The notes beneath the pieces are model-generated. The model was given only the letters and a program-made list of their open reading frames with translations. It was not told the origin of the DNA and ran no database searches. A DNA stretch of 64,000 nucleotides from Eledone cirrhosa (lineage: Eukaryota): NCBI GenBank assembly GCA_964016885.1, contig OZ024740.1, positions 348,812,001-348,876,000 on the forward strand, written 5' to 3'. This document shows positions 53,000-64,000 of the stretch, in pieces; the stretch's first letter is position 1; each line of letters starts with the position of its first letter. The position numbers and the translations under genes are program-made.

Positions 53000-55900
53000 A
53001 GCAATCAACTAATAACTTTTAAACTGCGATGTAACGCGAAGGTTTCTCATAATATTATGAATATTTGTTGGCCACCATGTGGTTATTATAATATTTTTAT
53101 ATCTTTTTACTTCGTTTATCAATATATATCACAAATATTTGTATATTTAAGAAAATTAACATGTACTAGGAATACAGGAAGGTGTTTTTAATCAGTAATG
53201 ATATATCCTTTTTATAGATAGCAATTGTGCCTTTGTAAATCATAAATATATATGGTATTATATATATATATAATATTATTAAAGTTGAAATCATTTTATT
53301 ACAAAGTATTTAAATTCACAAGCCAGAATTATTTATATTGAAATATTATAAGCGTAAATAATGTTTTTTTTATTTACATATATATTTCCACATCAAATCA
53401 AATCATATATGGCTGTATAGTTTTATAATTATATTTTTAATCACAAATAATCTGTAATAAATTTAAATTATTATTGTATATATGTCGTATAATGGACATG
53501 CTTATATTTTCTTTCGTTGTATGTATTTATATTTACATATCATTTATTACATTTAAATAAAAACATGAAAAACTTTGCAATTTGTAGTTTTGTGTTAAAA
53601 GTTTCCACTTTTATTTCATTGAATCTCATTTATATGACACTAATTTCTTCATGTTTGAATTGATTTGGAAGACTTTCATGTTGCAGTCAATTCAAGTTGA
53701 ACGTGTATATTCTATGTTGTAATTTAGTCATTTTACCAGATACAAATTAATAAGTAACACGAGTAATTTATTTGTGTCATATACATATATAAACATATTA
53801 GACTTGTATATGAAAGCATATATTATGATTAGAAAAAATAAATAAACGAGAGACTCGCTCTCAAATATAGAAATATTTTTTTCGTTTTTTTATATGAAGT
53901 TAATATGTCACAGATAACTCAGTAGATGTTGAGAATGCGAGACAGCTGTTTCAGGATTCGTTAATCTCTCATCAATGACATCCATTGTACTGAGATGAAA
54001 ATAGACGAGAGCCTTTATAGATTTTGCGTAGTGAGCATTTGGTGCAGTTGCACATTTACATATAGTAAATAGCACACATAGGCTGCAAATGCTTATTTGC
54101 ATATCATTCTAAATAGGCTGGCAGTAATACTAACATAGCGTTAAGCATACTAGGGTTATGTATAAATGTATACATTATATATTTGTCTACAATAAACATA
54201 CGCCAGTTCTGTAAATATGTAAATACTAACTATGATGAGGGCACTGGTTACATCAACGAATATGTTTGACCTGTGTTATTCTCCGAGTAAGTACCATGAG
54301 AATTATCCAACAATATACTTCAAGCGTGTGACGATAGTTATCGTTATATGGATATGATATATTTAAAATGGATTTTCCATATATAAATATCGTTTGTGCC
54401 TTTCTTTCTTTGAAAACTGGCACCAGGTGCATTACTGATATGTTAACCCTTTTGCATTTAAAACAGCCAAAATTCACTCACCTTTATCTTTTCAAACCAG
54501 ATGTAACTGGTCACTCATACTATTGTTGGTAACTAAAGCCGTTACCATGAAAATATAATAATATATAGAGAGTCATGTAAATGCAGAGTAAAAATAGATT
54601 TTCGTTTCATTCTTCATAAAACGATCATTGAAATCCATCCATCTATTTGCTATTAATTCTGGATAGGCATGTTAGAAATGATCTTGAAAACAGAACTTTC
54701 ACACGTGTTCTTCATATGTGTACAGGGCTATTTCAATTATCCACCCTTATAATTATGATTTTGCTATCTCATTAGAAAATGCATGCTGATGTACTCGTTG
54801 AAACATTCTCCTTGGTACTCTCTTTCGTATAGATCGTCTGGCTTAATAGATATCTATGTACTTTTTAGCGTATAGATCTTTTAGGCATAATGTGATATAG
54901 ATTACAGAGCGTTCTTACTTTCCATTTTTATTCAATATATTTTGGTTTTGTCTGTCTGTAATTCATGGTTTTCAAAAGCCATTGGAAATGCCTGCTAAAG
55001 GACATACCTTTATAAATCGTCCAGTCATTACTTTCGAGTAACCTGTCAACAAAGGCCATTTATCGTGGAATGGATGAAGGTCTCAGAGAGAAAGTGGGCT
55101 TCAGTTGAGGGTGATCTTAACTGTCCATATCTAAGGGTGATGCTGTCGGACATTAAAGTGTTCCTTTTACCCAAACAATCCAGTGCAAAATCATTGACGC
55201 CGGGATGAAATTTGGCGACAGGAAGGCTACCTATAAAACCCAATAATAGTAACGGATCTAAACAACTCGATACCAGTCCTCTAGCCCGAAGAAGGTTTGC
55301 TGCTCTTTCACGAGATTGATGTAATCAAAATATTGTCTTAATATTGCTTAGACACTTATAACCACACAGTCGGACGTGATAGCAACATCTTCGGCATTTC
55401 TAGCAATACGAATAGAGAAGTGTTTCAGACATAAGTGTTTCAGATAGCTTCTGCACATCATTTACACTGAGAAGACAGAAATCACTCCATGCTACTGTGT
55501 AAAATCAGGAATTCACCAAGTATCTTACCACGAAAACCAGCATTAAACCATCATTCAGAACACGGTTATTAGAAAGCAAAGACAATACTAACTAAATTCT
55601 GGTTCAATAGCACAAAAAACTGCACATGTCACAACACCGAAACCAATCTATGCATGTCGGCAAATAGAAATCAGTAGTGACGGTCGCTCTAAACATGTTT
55701 TGAATTGTACCTTTACGACTGGCTGTAATAGTTGCTATAACTAGAGAATAATGATAAAGATGTTTAGTTATTATATATTATATTTTGACTTCAGGTTTTA
55801 CACTTTTGATTTATTTCCTTCTTATCTAAATGTTTGTCATCATTTTAAGTTGTGCTTTACATATACATTTAAGTTTCCTTATTAAACAAACAGTTACCGT

Positions 55901-57408
55901 TTGTCTTCTAAAACTATTGAAAGTGCCACTGCTGCTATATTCTGTAATTATATGTTAAGGATTCAGATCCCTTTTCAAAGATTTTTGATGTTCCGTCTAA
56001 ACACTAGGACATCAATGTAATAAACTGCTCATCCATTTGATTACAGTGAAGCTGTACATTATTACATATGTGGCCAGTGCATTGTTACCTACTGTGTTAT
56101 ATCAAGCACGTGTTTATTTTCTATCGTTGTCTGACTATGGTTTAAACAATAATCTGAAAACGTTATTTGTCAACTACTATTCCGAGATGAAGTTATTGAA
56201 GTTATTTGTATCTTCTAGAATAAACACTATTCTAATTTACTAAAAATAGAAATACTGCGGAATCAATGGAAACTAACAACCACAATCTGGTATGTATATA
56301 TATATGTGTTTGTGTGTATGCGTGTATGTGGGGGGTGCGTCTATGTGTGCGAGTGTGTGTGTATCCGGGTTTAATCGGGAGTTACCACTGTAAGTACGAT
56401 ACTCAACACAATAGAGTATATACTATATTTAATATAGAAATGGTTTCTACAGTACTAGAACAGTTTCATTCTTATGAAGTCATCAGAAAAGCCCCGATGA
56501 TTTATACATATATATAGATATACATATACACATATATATATATATATAGATAGATAGATAGATAGATATGTGGGGGGTACAGGGGGGTGCGTGTGTATAC
56601 GTGTGTGTGCGTGCTATTTGTCCTTAAATGTACCATGAAAAATAATTATTTCCAACTCCTTGTTCCATCTCTATTATACAGTAATCAAGAAACAAACTAG
56701 AAATAATGAACCCCAGCATATTTATTCGTATGTCTCCAATTTATCATCCATTCTATGTTGCCGTAAGAATGGAATATTCACCTAATGGTATCATCATATT
56801 AACAAAGAAGACTCGAATTAAAATATTTGATATAATTGAACGTTGTCAATTCATTTCCAGACTAAAAATATATATTTTCAGTTTACACCAATATGATAAA
56901 GACATGTGTTCTAGTGTTATTAGGAGGGATATTTAATCAATGCTTACACTGGGCACGAAATAAAATTCAAATTATATTTTTAATTTTTTGCAAGGCCAGC
57001 TCTAACTCGCTCGGTAGGCAAATGAGGCTATAATAATTTAAATTTATTACATATGATTTGTAATATATATATATATATATTAATAAAAGGAATTCCAACT
57101 TTGTCTGATTTACTCGTTTTATTTACAATCCTTTAAAATTTATATTGGTATTAGAATGATGACAGTCAAGTTGGCAATTTTCAACGTTGAAAATTGGAAA
57201 CTTGACTGTCACCGCAGAATATGAACCTGAAGATTGCGAAAGCATGAAATTACTTGTTCAATTAACACTTAACATTTAATATTCTACCATATTATTTCAT
57301 TCTAATACCATTATAAATGTTAAAGGATTGTAAATAAAACGAGTAAATGAGACAAAGTTGGAATTCCTTTTATTAATATAATCTTCTATACACAATAATA
57401 CACACGTG

Positions 57409-57576
<168 letters not shown>

Positions 57577-60500
57577 GGTGTGTGGGTGTGGGTGTGTGGG
57601 TGTGGGTGTGTGTGTATGTATGTATATCAGGTCACCAGTTGGTGCTACTGGTAACATGTATCCCAGTACAACCTGTCTTATGGTCGGGTCGTTGGCGACT
57701 AAACTGGCAACCCCACCAAGGTTTCTTGGTGAGGACTGTGACTTTTGGACATCCTGCAGGACTAAAAACAAAACCTGTCAAAGGGCAAAGATCTCTTAAG
57801 AGTCAATGGCCATCCAAAATCATCAGGAGAGATGATCCTTTAGCAGTCGTCAAGGCAGAATTCTAGGAGAAGGAAAACTCTGATATAACACCTCCAACCC
57901 TGATGGTATCCAATGATGTTGACTTGTTCTTCTTTTTGGTAAATATCATCTCGGTTAAGAGAGTGGGACTGGCTTTGTGCAGTGTCTTTGCTCACTATAA
58001 AAGCTTCACGGCACAGGCATTGCTTTATATCTGGAGATCTCTCTGCACTTGTCATCACATGGTACCATGGGCCCAGCACTATGTGTCAATAATTGTCACA
58101 ATTGTAGTGTTTGTTACCAGAGTTTTCAGGTCGCTGGCTAGACTAAAAAGTTACACTCGTTCAGCGCATCGGTAGGGGTTCTCCTACATGGATATTAAGT
58201 AGTGGCCGTACTCGAAAACGAGTTGGCAGCCACCTTGTATGTAAATATATGTATATATATAATGTTTTAACAGTATGCAGCCTAGTAGTTTTGCAGCATT
58301 TCGATATGTGATTTCTTGTAAGCTTATTAATATTATCTTTGATGAAGACATTGTCTATTTCTACATCGTTCACTACGTCATATTGGCTTCTGGTCTTTAA
58401 GTATGATTTTAGAAAATTACTTTTTGTGATGTTCTTCATAAGCTCATGTATTTTGGGAAAATTTAGGAAGCTTAATTTACTTTCTTGCCTATGTATACTC
58501 TCTTTGAAAATGATCTGATCCGGCAGAAGATGTTCTACTGTGTCTTATTTAAAGGCATTATTTCAACAAGCGGGCGGTGGATTGGCAGTATCGGTAGAGG
58601 GTCGGACGCCATGCTTTCCAGAATAGTTACGTCCCTTTACGATCTGAGTTAAAATACCGCCGAGGTTGACTTTGCCTTTCATCCTTACGGGGTCGATAAA
58701 ATAAAGTACCAGTAAGGAACTGGGTAATTGCTGGCCTTTTGCCTAAAAGTAGAAACAATTATTTCAACTGCGGTGGATTGGCAGTATCAGTAGAGGGTCG
58801 GACGCCATGCTTTGACGCATAGAGTTACGCCCCTTTCCATTCTGAGTTCAAATCCCGTCGAAGTGAACTTTGCCTTTCATCCTTACGGGGTCGATAAAAT
58901 AAAGTACCAGTAATGCACTGGGTAATTGCTGAACTTGTGCCAAAAGTAGAAACAATTATTTCAACTGCAAAGCACCAGTAATGCACTGGAATAATTGCTG
59001 GCCTTGTGCCAGGACAGGAAATAATTATTTCAACAGCTTTCATAATACGTTACCGATGTTTGTCCTTTCATTATACATTCTATCCACATATACTTACTAT
59101 AGATGTAATTTCTCAATGCGGTGGGGAGATGGCTGGTCCTAACGTATGCCTATAATCTTCTACATACACATCCTATCGAATCACGTTACAGCAAATACTT
59201 CCAAGAAAGCATATATCGCTAGCTTCTGTTCGTGATTATATACTTTCGGTCAACTTTCGTCTAAGGTAAAATTATGCGCAATTGATGGAGCTCGACACAC
59301 AAATTGAAGGATGTCGAATTACTATTATTTATCGGAAGATAAATACTAAGGCATTCTTATAAAGACTTAAAAGCAACAAGAAGCTTTCTATCGACCCGAT
59401 ACTATTGTAGGAACTTCAACAAGAGATACCGTGGAAGGCGATTTTATGCCTTTTTGAACAGAAGCAGAAAGCTTTTTGAAATATTCCCATGGATTCTCAA
59501 AGAGGTGCGACAGAGTAAATATTTGGTAGGCTCTACTACGTCCGCAGCAGAAAGCACACTGTCCGTCAGCCAGCTTCGACACAACATGGCTACAACTCTT
59601 TTCTCGACACGTAACCTCTAACATGACCCAGAAGAAGAAGAAGAAGAAGAAGAAGAAGAAGAAGAAGAAGAAGAAGAAGAAGAAGAAGAAGAAGAAGAAG
59701 AAGAAGAAGAAGAAGAAGAAGACGAAGAAGAAGAAGGAGGAGGAGGGGGGAAGAAGAAGAAGAAGAAGAAGAAGAAGAAGAAGAAGAAGAAGAAGAAGAA
59801 GAAGAAGAAGAAGAAGAAGAAGAAGAAGAAGAAGAAGAAGAAGAAGAAGAAGAAGATACATTTTATATTATTTGTCAACAGTTATTCCGAAATGAAGATA
59901 CTTTTTCTTTCAAGACGAAAACCTCTTCTAAAAAAACCCGTTTATTTTGCCAGGTCTTAGGTACGGTTGATTACAATGAAGCAACATTTTTTGTTATATT
60001 TAAAAATAGAAAAAGTACATTTGACGAAAAATACTGTTAACGAAAATGTACTAATAATAGAATTATTGTTTAGAAATAAATATGTTTTAAGCTACCTGTC
60101 TATAAATTAAATCTTTACCACTAAACACACCTTAAAAGAAATAGGATTGTGTGTCCTGGTAAAGTTAACTCCTCCCATACAGGAACTATTAGTAGCTATA
60201 TAGGTCATATAATATTTGTATAATTCTTACAACTGATACGATAACACTAGATTCATTCCCACACCAGATGTGTATTAGTTCCGTCCGAATGTCATCCATT
60301 CATAAATTCAAATGTGGAAGGTCATATTGAAATTACTTTTCCGGTTTCAAAAGTTATATATATGTGTAATCTTAAGATCAAACATATTAATAAAAGGGTA
60401 CTTCAGCTGAGCATCGAAAACACCCAGGTTGTATTTGAAAATATATCTTTCGATATCCAAGTTCGAGTTATCTTTCGATATCCAAGTGGACAAGCAGTAT

Positions 60501-60592
60501 AATGAACATTAAAGTAAGTAACTTTCGTTCAATAATAACATCATATATTTATGTAAGAATCTATGTTTGCAACCCTTTATATATATATAAGC

Positions 60593-60623
<31 letters not shown>

Positions 60624-60642
60624 CTGATTGGTCAAGATGAAG

Positions 60643-60726
<84 letters not shown>

Positions 60727-61037
60727 TATATATACTGTATATATATAAATATATAAAAATATGTATATATATACGGCACTAGACAGAATTAGTCCCTTCC
60801 TCATTCACTCTCATCTGGGAACAGGTTTGTATGGCGCTAATTTGTGATTTGAACTCGGAAATGTTATATTCTCCGAGCGAGGAGAACCTACTGACGAGAA
60901 TCCCCTTCTCAATGGTGGTCCGCCTGGATTATCCATTTATTTCGGGATTTAAAACCGCGCGGTAAGGGTACATATAGTAAGTACGGCGAACTTTTTAAAA
61001 TTTATTTTAAAACTTTTTCTCTATTTGATAAACCTTG

Positions 61038-61087
<50 letters not shown>

Positions 61088-62064
61088 CAGATGAAATCGA
61101 AAATGCAACTGGAGTCTTATTTAAAAAAATATATATATATTTATTTGGTTCCGTTACCGGTTTCGCAGTTCTTCTGCTTTTCAAATGTACAGTTGAGATG
61201 TAGGGTGTGTCGTTTTTCTCCCTGATGTGAGAATAACCACAGGCCATCTATCTCAACTCTACTGAAAAGCAGAAGAACTGCGAAACCGGTAACGGAACCA
61301 AATAAATATATATATATTTTTTTAAATAAGACTCCAGTTACATTTTCGATTTCATCTTTTTTTCTTTATACTTTCACTCGTGTAGGACACCTCGGTTATT
61401 TTTCATCTTGTAAAGTAAACCTCACTTTCTAATATAGTATATATATATATATATTAGAAAATGAAAAATAACCGAGGTGTCCTACACAAGTGAAAGTATA
61501 AAGAAAAAAAGATGAAATCTAAAATGCAACTGGAGTCTTATTTTTAATGGGTAAATTTTATGTTGTCATTTTCAAACAATTATTCATAAGGATTTCTGTT
61601 GTCACTCAATTTTTATTTTTTATTCATAGTCTACGTTATTGAAGGAAAGAACAAATTGTATAATATATATTTATATTTCCTCTTATTTACGATGTTCTCA
61701 ACGTTTACAAAAGAACAGTACGATTATATCTTATTCACAACGTGAATCCAAACACAAAATTATATAGAATTAATGAATCTAGAAGAAATTATTTGTTGCA
61801 TAATTTAAAATAACTATGTCTCCGTTTGTATCTAGAATTGCTTATATAAAAAATACCACATATCTCCAGCACATCTCAATTTTCCATACTTTCTTATATT
61901 TATATTTGTTTTCTCAAACATCCTTCAAACATCCGCAGGAGGAAATATTGTAGCAGAAGCTATGTTTTCTCAATAACATGATTAACATAGTTCCTATCAA
62001 ATTGATATTTATACCGACAGTAATCTAGTTTTCTTACATTGGATTAATATTTTCTTTCTTACAG

Positions 62065-62592
62065 AGTCTTATCCAGATTTTAATCCTGATGTTCAACTAC
62101 ATCTTCATCACGTCTTCGGCACCAATCCAGGGGCAATGTGAAATACCCACTGATTTGAAAGTCCGTTACGAGAGTTTATCTAATGCAGCCATTGGCAACA
62201 ATTTTTTTCTACCGGCTGAAATGGCTCCAGCAGAAAGTAATCATCCTATACTCACAGACGGAGATAAAACTTGTCCAACATCTGCTCTTTCCTCTGATAT
62301 CATCAGTGAACGTTCAACTTGCCCTTGGTACCTGAAGATTACCCATAATTCAACAGTCTTCCCTCAATCACGTACAGAGGTAGTATGTCGTTGTACAGAC
62401 TGTGTAGGCTCTGACAACAATCACCAATGTGTGGCAGTGTATACTAAAATGACAGTCCTCAATCGTACAGATAAATGTGTTGATGGACTGTATGTGTATA
62501 GTCCAAGTGTAATAGATGTGGCAACAGCCTGTGTTTGTGCACGGAAAGTTGATGTGACAACTGAGGGAAATGGAAACGATTATGTGTCGTAA
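62065..62592 (+). CDS. IL17: Interleukin-17-like cytokine, main coding exon (copy 3)
   Basis: Protein identical to copy 1. Confidence 0.9.
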   Translation, partial: SLIQILILMFNYIFITSSAPIQGQCEIPTDLKVRYESLSNAAIGNNFFLPAEMAPAESNHPILTDGDKTCPTSALSSDIISERSTCPWYLKITHNSTVFPQSRTEVVCRCTDCVGSDNNHQCVAVYTKMTVLNRTDKCVDGLYVYSPSVIDVATACVCARKVDVTTEGNGNDYVS

Positions 62593-64000
62593 AGCAATCA
62601 ACTAATAACTTTTAAACTGCGATGTAACGCGAAGGTTTCTCATAATATTATGAATATTTGTTGGCCACCATGTGGTTATTATAATATTTTTATATCTTTT
62701 TACTTCGTTTATCAATATATATCACAAATATTTGTATATTTAAGAAAATTAACATGTACTAGGAATACAGGAAGGTGTTTTTAATCAGTAATGATATATC
62801 CTTTTTATAGATAGCAATTGTGCCTTTGTAAATCATAAATATATATGGTATTATATATATATATAATATTATTAAAGTTGAAATCATTTTATTACAAAGT
62901 ATTTAAATTCACAAGCCAGAATTATTTATATTGAAATATTATAAGCGTAAATAATGTTTTTTTTATTTACATATATATTTCCACATCAAATCAAATCATA
63001 TATGGCTGTATAGTTTTATAATTATATTTTTAATCACAAATAATCTGTAATAAATTTAAATTATTATTGTATATATGTCGTATAATGGACATGCTTATAT
63101 TTTCTTTCGTTGTATGTATTTATATTTACATATCATTTATTACATTTAAATAAAAACATGAAAAACTTTGCAATTTGTAGTTTTGTGTTAAAAGTTTCCA
63201 CTTTTATTTCATTGAATCTCATTTATATGACACTAATTTCTTCATGTTTGAATTGATTTGGAAGACTTTCATGTTGCAGTCAATTCAAGTTGAACGTGTA
63301 TATTCTATGTTGTAATTTAGTCATTTTACCAGATACAAATTAATAAGTAACACGAGTAATTTATTTGTGTCATATACATATATAAACATATTAGACTTGT
63401 ATATGAAAGCATATATTATGATTAGAAAAAATAAATAAACGAGAGACTCGCTCTCAAATATAGAAATATTTTTTTCGTTTTTTTATATGAAGTTAATATG
63501 TCACAGATAACTCAGTAGATGTTGAGAATGCGAGACAGCTGTTTCAGGATTCGTTAATCTCTCATCAATGACATCCATTGTACTGAGATGAAAATAGACG
63601 AGAGCCTTTATAGATTTTGCGTAGTGAGCATTTGGTGCAGTTGCACATTTACATATAGTAAATAGCACACATAGGCTGCAAATGCTTATTTGCATATCAT
63701 TCTAAATAGGCTGGCAGTAATACTAACATAGCGTTAAGCATACTAGGGTTATGTATAAATGTATACATTATATATTTGTCTACAATAAACATACGCCAGT
63801 TCTGTAAATATGTAAATACTAACTATGATGAGGGCACTGGTTACATCAACGAATATGTTTGACCTGTGTTATTCTCCGAGTAAGTACCATGAGAATTATC
63901 CAACAATATACTTCAAGCGTGTGACGATAGTTATCGTTATATGGATATGATATATTTAAAATGGATTTTCCATATATAAATATCGTTTGTGCCTTTCTTT

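Overview
AT-rich, microsatellite-laden animal DNA, most likely a cephalopod (octopus-type SINEs, tandem IL-17 genes; this is inference). The only host genes are three IL-17-like genes with identical proteins in ~9.55-kb tandem units (40.7-64 kb), plus traces of an older unit without a gene (15.7-16.4 kb and 27.2-29.2 kb). The left 40 kb is a pile of transposons, mostly sitting in (TA)n tracts: Penelope-like elements (PLEs, RT + GIY-YIG), a Helitron, a Chapaev3-like DNA transposon, RTE/CR1 LINE remnants, SINEs and a head-to-tail trio of R4/Dong-like retrotransposons in a (GAA)n/(TAA)n tract. The most notable signal is non-coding. Two arrays of a 466-bp repeat each carry one type-I hammerhead ribozyme (HHR) per monomer, with an internal inversion, shared termini and array-specific variants, as expected for retrozyme-like elements copied from circular or multimeric RNA. 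Several unrelated HHR-bearing elements also occur. All folds were read by eye and are not computed.
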